A stretch of 33,344 nt of DNA from an uncultured Candidatus Saccharibacteria bacterium. Lineage in GTDB: Bacteria; Patescibacteriota; Dojkabacteria; SC72. This document shows positions 26,457-33,344 of this stretch, piece after piece (positions within the stretch are counted from its first letter, which is position 1; each line of letters opens with the position of its first letter). The stretch spans positions 1 through 33,344 of the forward strand of contig CAYXLF010000001.1 of the NCBI GenBank assembly GCA_964465815.1, read 5' to 3'. The notes under the pieces were generated by a model. The model had not been told where the DNA came from. It saw nothing but the letters and a program-made list of their open reading frames with translations, and searched no databases. The position numbers were made by a program, and so were the translations under genes.

Positions 26457-27485
26457 ATGATAAAGAAGATCGTATGGTTCCTAATATTACCTCTCATAGT
26501 AGGCGTTAGTGTCTACCTGATTTTTTTCAAGCAGAAGCCAACTACCACAGACGATACCACCAGTGATGATACTCAAACTTCACAAGAGTCTGACACAGAT
26601 ACTACAAACGAAGAAGAGGAAGAAACGGATACCTCAACTACTGGTACTGAGGAAGAGGAGGAGGCCCAAACCATTACTGGTTTCTCAACCGAATCTCAGA
26701 CAGTTGGTGCAACCTCTTCATCTAAGTACACAATTGAAGAGGTCAGCAATACCTCTCATGCAGACTACCATGAATTCGTCTTTACGCTTTCCTCTACTGG
26801 TACGGATGATCCCAATGTAATTGCAGAATACAAGAGTAGCTTAGGTGTGATTAGATTGGATTTTAATCAGATAGAAAAAGATAACAGTGGAATAGGGTAT
26901 CAGAAAGAGGTGAGTATAAATAAGGAGGGTATATCTAGACTGTATCACAATGTATCATCTGATCAGACAGAGGAACTGTATGATATCGGTGTAACCAAAG
27001 AGACGGCATTCAAGCTAATATCAGAAAAAGTAGGAGATAATTGGGAGATAACGATATATGTACAATATCCAGGAGAATCTTCTAGCACAGTAGACACGGG
27101 AAGTACCAGTTATAGTACTCAACCACAATCCATCACAGGCGTAGATGCCTCAAAAGGCGCAACAGTTAGCTCATATACATATGGTATAAGTGGAGGAGTT
27201 TTAAAATTTGTTTGGAATGTAAGTAGCACTGATACTAATCCAATTCCAAATGTCAATGCAGCATATGATTCTGAAAATCATTTGGTTGTAACATTCACAA
27301 GCCTGAAAACAGATAAGGTATATCTAGCTGTAGATGGCATCTCTTTGCCAGGAAGCTTAGCAATGCAAACTGAGAAACCAGGAGAATCAACCATATATAC
27401 AATATCGGGATTCTCATCACAAGTGGAATATAAATTAAGTGCGGGTACAAGCCCAAATCAAGTAATTTTAGAAATTGAATTATGA
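26457..27485 (+). CDS. Membrane-anchored/secreted protein with an acidic T/E/D-rich linker and two related beta-rich domains
   Basis: 342-aa ORF with an N-terminal TM followed by a linker of about 50 aa (TTDDTTSDDTQTSQESDTDTTNEEEEETD). Two domains share the pattern F.F.LSSTGTDDPNVIAEY / KFVWNVSSTDTNPIPNVNAAY. Confidence 0.6.
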   Translation: MIKKIVWFLILPLIVGVSVYLIFFKQKPTTTDDTTSDDTQTSQESDTDTTNEEEEETDTSTTGTEEEEEAQTITGFSTESQTVGATSSSKYTIEEVSNTSHADYHEFVFTLSSTGTDDPNVIAEYKSSLGVIRLDFNQIEKDNSGIGYQKEVSINKEGISRLYHNVSSDQTEELYDIGVTKETAFKLISEKVGDNWEITIYVQYPGESSSTVDTGSTSYSTQPQSITGVDASKGATVSSYTYGISGGVLKFVWNVSSTDTNPIPNVNAAYDSENHLVVTFTSLKTDKVYLAVDGISLPGSLAMQTEKPGESTIYTISGFSSQVEYKLSAGTSPNQVILEIEL

Positions 27486-27573
27486 CGCTTCGCTTCAATG
27501 TGAGGCGGTATTATATAAATGACTATTAGGGTTTTTAATAATTTTTTTAACTTACTATACACACTTCTAGCAT

Positions 27574-27987
27574 ATGATTCTTGCTCTAGTATTTGATTTT
27601 AATGGTGTGCTCTTAAATAAAAATACCCGTCAAATGGATCTGGATATGTTGGAACTTCTAAAAGAACTTCATGATTTAGATATTACTATCCATTTGTTCT
27701 CAAATACATCCAAAGAAGCTATATATTTGCTCGATTCAAAATTTAATTTCCTAAAATATTTCAAAAACATTATTCTTGTTGAGGATACAGGTTGTAGTAA
27801 ACCCTCAGACGAATCATTCAAAAATCTTTTGAAGACAATACAAACGGAGCCAGAGGATATTGTATACATAGATGATAATAGAAACAATATCAGGCAGGCT
27901 AACAAATTCGGAATGCAAGGAGTACTTTTCATAAATGAGGCAAAACTAAGAGCTAAATTAATTGAAATTGCAGAAAATGATAACTAG
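27574..27987 (+). CDS. Small HAD-superfamily hydrolase
   Basis: 137-aa ORF. Motif I is FDFNGVL (DxN rather than DxD), motif II is FSNTS, and motifs III/IV are KP ... IDDNRNNI. Confidence 0.6.
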   Translation: MILALVFDFNGVLLNKNTRQMDLDMLELLKELHDLDITIHLFSNTSKEAIYLLDSKFNFLKYFKNIILVEDTGCSKPSDESFKNLLKTIQTEPEDIVYIDDNRNNIRQANKFGMQGVLFINEAKLRAKLIEIAENDN

Positions 27988-28558
27988 AGAAAGATGCAAT
28001 AAATTGTTAGAGAAATATATAACTACTCCATGGCTTAAATTCCATATGCGGGAGAGTGATCTAATAATGCAAGCAGTAGCAAAGAGATTAGGAGAAGATC
28101 CTGAGAAATGGGGATTATCTGGATTGTTACATGACCTAGATTTTGATTATGTTAATAAAGATCCACAATGGCATGTTATTAAATTTGATGAAATACTTGA
28201 AAAAGAAGGACTTAAGATAGGTATAGATATCGATGAGGATGTGTATCATGCCATCCGTGCTCACTATGAAGAACATCCAGACATTAAAGAAAAACGAGAA
28301 AATAATTTAGATTATGCGCTCTCAGCGTCTGAAAATCTTTCAGGATTTTTAGTAGCATGCGCTTTGGTACAACCAGATAAAAAAATAGCGAGTGTAGAAG
28401 TAGATAGCGTTACTAAAAAACTTAAGAAAAAAGATTTTGCAAAAGCTGTTAGAAGAGATCTGATACAAGATATAGAGAAAACAGGAATTTCCCTCGAAGA
28501 ATTTATACAGATAGCTTTAGATGTGATGAAGGCTAATGCATCAGAATTAGGTTTGTAG
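27962..28558 (+). CDS. HD-domain hydrolase (COG2316-like)
   Basis: 198-aa ORF with H ... LLHDLDFD ... H ... residues. The start may instead be M6 at 27977. Confidence 0.65.
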   Translation: MKLQKMITRERCNKLLEKYITTPWLKFHMRESDLIMQAVAKRLGEDPEKWGLSGLLHDLDFDYVNKDPQWHVIKFDEILEKEGLKIGIDIDEDVYHAIRAHYEEHPDIKEKRENNLDYALSASENLSGFLVACALVQPDKKIASVEVDSVTKKLKKKDFAKAVRRDLIQDIEKTGISLEEFIQIALDVMKANASELGL

Positions 28559-28575
28559 TAAAATATTCTCAATAA

Positions 28576-28652
28576 CGGGGCGTAGTTCAGATGGCTAGAG
28601 CGCTTGCATGGGGTGCAAGAGGTCGCACGTTCAAGTCGTGTCGCCCCGACCA
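28576..28652 (+). tRNA. tRNA-Pro (anticodon GGG), CCA encoded
   Basis: Manual cloverleaf. Acceptor CGGGGCG/CGCCCCG has the C1-G72 pair typical of bacterial tRNA-Pro. D arm is GTTC-AGATGGCTA-GAGC. Anticodon arm is CTTGC-ATGGGGT-GCAAG. T arm is GCACG-TTCAAGT-CGTGT, followed by ACCA. Confidence 0.9.
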
Positions 28653-28694
28653 GTTTTTGTAGAAATTGATTTTTTAAGTTTCTTTAGGAACAAG

Positions 28695-29222
28695 GTGAAT
28701 AAACATGATGCTGATAAGCTAATGCATGAGAAAGTTGTTATCCAAGAATTTCTCGAGTTGTATAACGAAGTAAACAACGTAAATATAGTCTTCCTTCGGC
28801 ATGGAGATCCCCTCAAAAAAGAACCAGATGCAGTATGCTCAGAAAATATGTATATAGAGATGGTGGATATGTTCTCGCGTAACTCTGAAGCTGCTGAAAA
28901 ATGGTCTCAGATAAGGCATGAGAAAAAAGAAAGTCCCTTAGATCTGGTACTGAATACAAATGAACGTATTCAAGAACTTATATATTTGAAATCTCAGAAG
29001 CTTGATAATGGTCATTATGATGGAGTATTACCAGGAAGTAAGATTGTATTGCTTTGTAATGTAGAAAGTTTTGCAGTATCCGATCCTGAAGTTGCTTCGT
29101 TTATTGATTATTTCTACTCATTTTCTAAAGATCATATCTTCGAGAAGTACTTTGATGAAGTTTGGCTTATATGGAAACCTTCATTTTCTACTGTGAAGCA
29201 CATCAAAAAGATAGAGATTTGA
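28695..29222 (+). CDS. Hypothetical protein (about 175 aa)
   Basis: The track ORF starts at 28608, inside tRNA-Pro. More plausible starts are GTG 28695 (AGGAA 5 nt upstream) or ATG 28722. No confident domain was recognised. Confidence 0.5.
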   Translation: MNKHDADKLMHEKVVIQEFLELYNEVNNVNIVFLRHGDPLKKEPDAVCSENMYIEMVDMFSRNSEAAEKWSQIRHEKKESPLDLVLNTNERIQELIYLKSQKLDNGHYDGVLPGSKIVLLCNVESFAVSDPEVASFIDYFYSFSKDHIFEKYFDEVWLIWKPSFSTVKHIKKIEI

Positions 29223-29242
29223 GATGATGCCACTTTGATATG

Positions 29243-30271
29243 TTAATCTAGTAGGTCTGTTATTGATTTCCTCTGATTAATCCTACTTATTGTATCTGCA
29301 AAGTAGTTTGCAATAGATACCTCTTTAAACCATGGGGATTTTTCTAAGAATTCTTTTGAATGATACGTACTATCTGTACCAATAACCATATCTAAAAATC
29401 CTTTTTCATATGCTTCTTGAAATCTTTCCCATGCAGGACCATTGAAGAGAGCGTGTGTGCAAACAGCTATTACTTTCTTTGCTCCCATATTTTTTGTCTC
29501 TTCCAAAGCTTTTATCAATGTGCCTCCTGTGCAGATCATATCATCAACAATGTATACATTCTTGTCTTTTACATCTCCCAATATTGATATCTTATCTACA
29601 GTATTTGCTTTGCAATAATTTCTAACTTTATAGGTAAATGCAATATCTGTTCGAAGGGATTGTGCATAGTGATTAGCTCGTTTTGCACCACCTAGATCAG
29701 TTGGCATTATGACTGTATTCTCATTATCCTTTATTATTCTTCTTAATGTCGGGATTATGACATAGCTTCCCAAGAGATTATCAATCTTTGCTCTCCTAAA
29801 GAATCCTTGTATTGCAGAGTTATGAAGATCAATTGTAATTATATGGTCAACAGATCCATCGCCTTCTAATTCATATGCTATTCTTGCAGCTGTAATTCCT
29901 TCTCTTCCAGATTGTTTGTCCTGTCTTGCATATGGGAAAGAGGGTAGTACTGTGGTTATTCTTTCTGCATCACATCTTCTACAGGTGTCAACCATTGTAT
30001 ACAGTGCTCGCAAGTTTTGATCTGTACATCTTCCATCTGTGTGATTTTCACAGTCTTGGATTATGAACACGTCTTTACCTCTGATACTTTCGTTTATGAC
30101 AGTTTTTAATTCTGTACTTGCAAAGTGAACCTCCTCTGAATCTATTAAATGTACTTCATTGCCATATTCTTTTCTAAGGGATTTAACTATTTTCTTTGCG
30201 AAATTTAAGCCAGAATTACATGCGAGTACTGATAGGGGGCCCTTAGAGGTTGGAGACATAAAGAGGTGCAT
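29243..30271 (-). CDS. prs: Ribose-phosphate pyrophosphokinase (PRPP synthetase)
   Basis: 342-aa ORF with DLHNSAIQGFF and the PRPP-binding loop VDDMICTGGTL. The start may be M5 at 30259. Confidence 0.9.
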   Translation of the reverse strand: MHLFMSPTSKGPLSVLACNSGLNFAKKIVKSLRKEYGNEVHLIDSEEVHFASTELKTVINESIRGKDVFIIQDCENHTDGRCTDQNLRALYTMVDTCRRCDAERITTVLPSFPYARQDKQSGREGITAARIAYELEGDGSVDHIITIDLHNSAIQGFFRRAKIDNLLGSYVIIPTLRRIIKDNENTVIMPTDLGGAKRANHYAQSLRTDIAFTYKVRNYCKANTVDKISILGDVKDKNVYIVDDMICTGGTLIKALEETKNMGAKKVIAVCTHALFNGPAWERFQEAYEKGFLDMVIGTDSTYHSKEFLEKSPWFKEVSIANYFADTISRINQRKSITDLLD

Positions 30272-30318
30272 TAAATTAACATATATAGTGTACTACGAAT
30301 ATGTGAAATTAAGAAATA

Positions 30319-30327
30319 TGGTATAAT
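30319..30327 (+). promoter_or_regulatory. Extended -10 promoter element (TGgTATAAT) with no ORF downstream
   Basis: TGgTATAAT at 30319-30327. The predicted start near 30334 leads into the structured non-coding island. Confidence 0.5.
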
Positions 30328-30333
30328 ACGGAT

Positions 30334-30563
30334 AGGAAACAACGCCTTACACTAAGCGAAAAGTGATTTACAACCGGCCATCTGGGTCGGTTTTTTGTTA
30401 AACCGACCATGCTCATGTACCGGAGGATCACCGGTACATAAGCTAGAGTATTGGAAGGTGTCTGATCAACACCCAAGATATTCTGAGCAACTTCTAAGGG
30501 CAGTATGCAATTGCTACTGTGCGGGAGAAGATCGGTTAACGGTCGTATCCCGCTTCCCTTAGA
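30334..30563 (+). ncRNA. Candidate structured RNA island (unknown family)
   Basis: GC-richer than the flanks and has no ORF. Elements: terminator hairpin 30372-30392, competing hairpin 30385-30408, perfect 9-bp hairpin 30415-30439, hairpin 30457-30473, and a three-way junction 30493-30563. G.U pairs fit only the plus strand. Confidence 0.45.
30372..30399 (+). terminator. Intrinsic terminator-like hairpin inside the RNA island
   Basis: AACCGGCC (30372-30379) pairs with GGTCGGTT (30385-30392). This gives 8 bp including one G.U, with a 5-nt loop, followed by TTTTGTT. Confidence 0.55.
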
Positions 30564-30573
30564 TGAGGAGTAG

Positions 30574-30582
30574 TGATATAAT
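30574..30582 (+). promoter_or_regulatory. Extended -10 promoter element upstream of the 30607 ORF
   Basis: TGaTATAAT ends 24 nt before the ATG, implying a very short leader with no Shine-Dalgarno. Confidence 0.45.
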
Positions 30583-30606
30583 CGACCTCGTTTCGTCTTA
30601 CAAAAT

Positions 30607-31023
30607 ATGAGTAACTATACAATAACAGAAGGTCTTGTTTGTGAATTAGACCGTATGGAAAATTTAACAGAATCTGAATTCAGAGCTACTGCGGTAGTGT
30701 CCCTTTTTGGTATGGAAGAAACTAATTTCCAAATCTGTGTTGATGAAGAAGATTTTGACTCAGACAATGTAGTAAATGCTTTGAGAAGTGGATGTATCGA
30801 GAATACATGTTTTAATGTTTATCCAATATATAATCCTAATGATCTTATATTGGTATCGGATTATTCCAAATCAGAGATAGAGAAAAGTAAGAAAAAGATA
30901 GAAAATATTTATATGATTTCAAGCGAGGATTGCCCCAATGAGCATATTGTTATGCTTACGCTTAAGGATCTACGAGCAGATGGACGTGTAATGTTGGTTG
31001 CTCAGCACGTCGTTGAAAGATAA
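30607..31023 (+). CDS. Hypothetical acidic protein (138 aa)
   Basis: Intact ORF with no recognisable motif. Confidence 0.5.
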   Translation: MSNYTITEGLVCELDRMENLTESEFRATAVVSLFGMEETNFQICVDEEDFDSDNVVNALRSGCIENTCFNVYPIYNPNDLILVSDYSKSEIEKSKKKIENIYMISSEDCPNEHIVMLTLKDLRADGRVMLVAQHVVER

Positions 31024-31081
31024 TTGACCTTCCCCCAAGTATTTGTCACAATATACCTATTAATATTTCACTAATATAGGA

Positions 31082-31288
31082 ATGAAAGTATCAATAGATC
31101 ATACAAAGTGTGCCGGATGTGGTTCTTGTGTAGCAATATGTCCAGAAGTATTTGAAATGAAGGATGATGGTACTGTAGATGTTAAAGCGGAATACCAAGG
31201 TGTAGATATTACAGATGCAGTCTTGGTTGAAAAGGTAAAGCAAGCTGCAATGGCATGTCCAGCTACGGCAATTGTTATGGAGGAATAA
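31082..31288 (+). CDS. Small 4Fe-4S ferredoxin (single-cluster type)
   Basis: 68-aa ORF with CAGCGSCVAICP plus a distal ACP cysteine. Confidence 0.85.
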   Translation: MKVSIDHTKCAGCGSCVAICPEVFEMKDDGTVDVKAEYQGVDITDAVLVEKVKQAAMACPATAIVMEE

Positions 31289-31289
31289 C

Positions 31290-31709
31290 ATGGATGATTG
31301 TATTTTTTGCAAAATTGTAAAAGGAGAGATTCCTTGTTTTAAAGTGTATGAAGACGACAACTATTTGGCGTTCTTAGATTTATCAAACTTCACAGAAGGG
31401 CATACATTAGTAGTACCTAAGAAACATTACAGATTTGTATGGGATGTGGATGATATCGAAGGATACTCTAATGTGGTTAAGAAAATATCAAATCATTATA
31501 GAAATAATCTGGGGTTTGCATATGTTGATACTCTTACCTTTGGAAGGATGATTCCACATGCACATGTACATTTGGTTCCTCATAATGCAGACTCTGGAGA
31601 TTGGGAAAAAGCGCTGGAGAAAATAGGGGAGCTACAGGGGGATTCAACAAGGAGATTATCGAAGGAAAAAGGGGAGGAAATAGCTAATAAATTTAAAATG
31701 CAAGGCTAA
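31290..31709 (+). CDS. HIT-family (histidine triad) hydrolase
   Basis: N-terminus reads CIFCKIV and the histidine triad is HAHVHLVPH. Start placed at MDDCIFCK (31290), which has GGAGGA 5 nt upstream. The track ORF starts at 31272. Confidence 0.88.
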   Translation: MDDCIFCKIVKGEIPCFKVYEDDNYLAFLDLSNFTEGHTLVVPKKHYRFVWDVDDIEGYSNVVKKISNHYRNNLGFAYVDTLTFGRMIPHAHVHLVPHNADSGDWEKALEKIGELQGDSTRRLSKEKGEEIANKFKMQG

Positions 31710-32083
31710 GCCCCTTTGTAAAGCTTTTGTAATTTTTTATCAAATGTTATCAATCTGGCATTATTCTCTTTTGCAAGAAAAAGTATGATTGAATCTATGG
31801 CTGTAAATGTGTTTGGAAGGTTTCCTGCGAAGTCTATATATCTTATGAGATTACTATCATCCAGAGTAGGTATTTCATCTGCTGCTTTCAATGTTGCTTT
31901 TATTGTGCACTCCCTTGCCCGTTTATTTCTTGTGTTACTCATTAGCTCGGCAATTACCATCGCAGGTATTAATATTTTAGAACTCTTTAAATTCTTCGCA
32001 ATATCTACTGCCAAGAGATGATTTATATCCTCTTCGTTGAGCAACGAACAAATGAAATTTGTATCTAAAAGAGACTTCTCCAT
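31706..32083 (-). CDS. vapC: PIN-domain toxin (VapC-like)
   Basis: Reads MEKSLLDTNFI ... AELM ... DSIILFLAKENNARLITFDKKL, with acidic residues at PIN positions. Start placed at M16 of the track ORF. Confidence 0.8.
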   Translation of the reverse strand: MEKSLLDTNFICSLLNEEDINHLLAVDIAKNLKSSKILIPAMVIAELMSNTRNKRARECTIKATLKAADEIPTLDDSNLIRYIDFAGNLPNTFTAIDSIILFLAKENNARLITFDKKLQKLYKGA

Positions 32084-32361
32084 TCTTTGTCTCTTTGTTC
32101 TCTTATATGTTTTGCACTGTTCTTGCATTTTGGATCAGAATATTTATAGTCTTTGACTTTCTCAAAAAAACTCTGCTTTTTCCCTACTTTTGCAAGATTT
32201 TTTTCTTTAGTGTTAGTGTAATCCTTAAAACTTGTTAATACCGCGATAGGATCTTTCATTTTTTTGTATCCTAGATAAACAATTCCTCCATCTTTAACAA
32301 AGGACATTGCTTCGGAAGGCTTCTTGTAAAATTCGGTTGTGCTGTAAGTCTTGCTTTTCAT
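32065..32361 (-). CDS. Antitoxin, Phd/YefM-like N-terminus
   Basis: 98-aa ORF directly upstream of vapC, overlapping it by 19 nt. The N-terminus TYSTTEFYKKPSEAMSFVKDGGIVYLGYKK ... PIAVLTSFKDY fits the Phd/YefM pattern. Confidence 0.65.
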   Translation of the reverse strand: MKSKTYSTTEFYKKPSEAMSFVKDGGIVYLGYKKMKDPIAVLTSFKDYTNTKEKNLAKVGKKQSFFEKVKDYKYSDPKCKNSAKHIREQRDKEWRSLF

Positions 32362-32362
32362 A

Positions 32363-32399
32363 CTACTAATATTTTAGTAGCTTTTTAGTAGCGTGTCAA
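32363..32399 (-). promoter_or_regulatory. Toxin-antitoxin promoter with an embedded operator-like palindrome
   Basis: On the minus strand: TTGACA (32399-32394), 17-nt spacer, TAAAAT (32376-32371), with the ATG only 9 nt after the -10. The palindrome CTACTAA-TATT-TTAGTAG spans 32363-32380. A third TTAGTAG half-site lies at 32385-32391. Confidence 0.6.
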
Positions 32400-32442
32400 A
32401 ATGAAAAAATGAGCTAGAAATTCTGATATCAAACAGCGATGA

Positions 32443-33288
32443 TTATTCTTCCTGGAAGAACGTGAGAATATCGGTCATATATTCCTTGTCTACATCAAAA
32501 TGTGCTTTGTCTTCAATCTCTACAAGTTCAACGTCCTTCCCAAGTTTTGCAAGGTATTGAACAAAATTCCTTGAATTAACGATTCCAATATTCACATCGT
32601 CTGTTCCATGCCATATCTTTATATCGATATCCATGATTTTTGCAACTTCCGATTGATTCCATTCATAAGTTCTTGTTGTTGGAGCAAGTAGAGCAATTTT
32701 CTCAATATTGTCTGAATATTTTTGTACGAAATGCATTGTAGGTAGACCTCCCATACTAAAACCAATGAGATATATCTTCTCGGAGGTTTGGTATCTCTCT
32801 TCTATCCACTCTTGTAGATTTAGCATATCTGTAATGGATGCAGTATTCCCCCAGTTCTCATCATGCTCATTTGATGCTGCAAAGATGAAATTATACTGGG
32901 TAAAATAGATGCCATATTCTTGGAGATCCATCATAAATGGATCTAACATATCTGAGATCACTCTGGTATTAGAACCGTGGCTGTACAGAATTATGGAAGG
33001 AGGATTGTTCTCGTCTATTTTTGTAGGTGCAACTACATATGCAGTTTGCCCTTCCATTGCTTGGTTAATTTCTTCATAATGTGGACCTTCTGGGATCGTT
33101 TCTTCTACAGTTACATCTTCTTGTGTATTAGCATCCGCATCATTTGTATTTTCCTGAGTTTGCGAATTACTCTGTTTCTGAGCAACAAGGATATCATAGC
33201 AGAGGTAAATAGGTAGGGCCAAAAGGAGTAGGAATACTATGAAAAGGATTATATCTAACAGGTTAATCTTCTTTTTAGTATCATTCAT
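32443..33288 (-). CDS. Membrane-anchored alpha/beta hydrolase (esterase/lipase-like)
   Basis: 281-aa ORF with an N-terminal TM, nucleophile elbow GFSMGG, and distal D and H residues (DKAHFD). Confidence 0.7.
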   Translation of the reverse strand: MNDTKKKINLLDIILFIVFLLLLALPIYLCYDILVAQKQSNSQTQENTNDADANTQEDVTVEETIPEGPHYEEINQAMEGQTAYVVAPTKIDENNPPSIILYSHGSNTRVISDMLDPFMMDLQEYGIYFTQYNFIFAASNEHDENWGNTASITDMLNLQEWIEERYQTSEKIYLIGFSMGGLPTMHFVQKYSDNIEKIALLAPTTRTYEWNQSEVAKIMDIDIKIWHGTDDVNIGIVNSRNFVQYLAKLGKDVELVEIEDKAHFDVDKEYMTDILTFFQEE

Positions 33289-33331
33289 AATATGAAAATT
33301 ATAGACATTTTTTTTAACTCTGTCTATTAGA

Positions 33332-33340
33332 TGGTATAAT
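33332..33340 (+). promoter_or_regulatory. Extended -10 promoter element pointing out of the window
   Basis: TGgTATAAT at the right edge. Its target gene is not in the window. Confidence 0.35.
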
Positions 33341-33344
33341 CTTA

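Noticed and set aside
26378-26497. 40-codon N-terminal extension of the DUF3048 ORF
   Set aside because: The extension is hydrophobic, AT-driven sequence that overlaps the divergent gene start and the promoter region. MAKEINIT is a natural start ahead of the TM anchor.
28608-28694. N-terminal 29-38 codons of the 204-aa track ORF
   Set aside because: This segment overlaps tRNA-Pro (28576-28652) on the same strand, so the start was moved downstream.
30540-30558. Minus-strand GGGAAGCGGGATACGACCG resembling a tmRNA 5' end (GGGG..GGAUUCGAC)
   Set aside because: No T-arm/ACCA 3' end lies within about 400 nt downstream on that strand, since prs begins there. This GGG pairs locally with CCCTTAGA, and the G.U pairs favour the plus strand.
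30272-30606. The structured island as a riboswitch in the prs 5' UTR (minus strand)
   Set aside because: Three helices contain G.U pairs that become C.A mismatches on the minus strand. The only T-run terminator also reads on the plus strand. This is not fully excluded and needs strand-specific RNA data.
1-33344. CRISPR arrays, IS elements, integrases, prophage or known defence-gene signatures
   Set aside because: Reading both strands found no regularly spaced direct repeats, no transposase, integrase or reverse-transcriptase-like ORFs, and no terminal inverted repeats. The only repeats are intragenic protein-domain repeats.

Overview
AT-rich, very gene-dense window with many 1-35 nt gene overlaps. 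It looks like a small-genome bacterium, possibly Patescibacteria/CPR-like; that assignment is inferred from gene content and compaction, not tested. Most of the content is housekeeping. It includes RNase Y, HU, an archaeal-type UMP kinase, two GreA paralogs, tRNA-Glu(CUC), TrmD, GlyRS, LysRS, SerRS, MiaA, an NrnA-like DHH phosphoesterase, PRPP synthetase, tRNA-Pro(GGG), a ferredoxin and a HIT protein. Envelope and accessory genes are interspersed. These are a CAP-domain exoprotein, a 1902-aa mosaic surface protein (ELWxxDGT repeats, cadherin-like, SBBP and LamG modules, and a C-terminal membrane module), an ABC-2 permease pair with no ATPase, a DUF3048 protein, a SecDF-like membrane pair and a VapC/Phd-type toxin-antitoxin pair. 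The most unusual signals are two relatively GC-rich, highly structured non-coding islands. (1) 16522-16892, minus strand: a near-consensus promoter, a structured leader, an aberrant tRNA-like cloverleaf, a 75-nt hairpin and a Y-shaped terminator, about 335 nt in all. (2) 30319-30563, plus strand: an extended -10 promoter, a short RNA with an intrinsic terminator and a competing hairpin, a perfect 9-bp hairpin and a tight three-way junction. I could not match either island to an RNA family I know. No CRISPR array, rRNA, transposase or integrase was seen.
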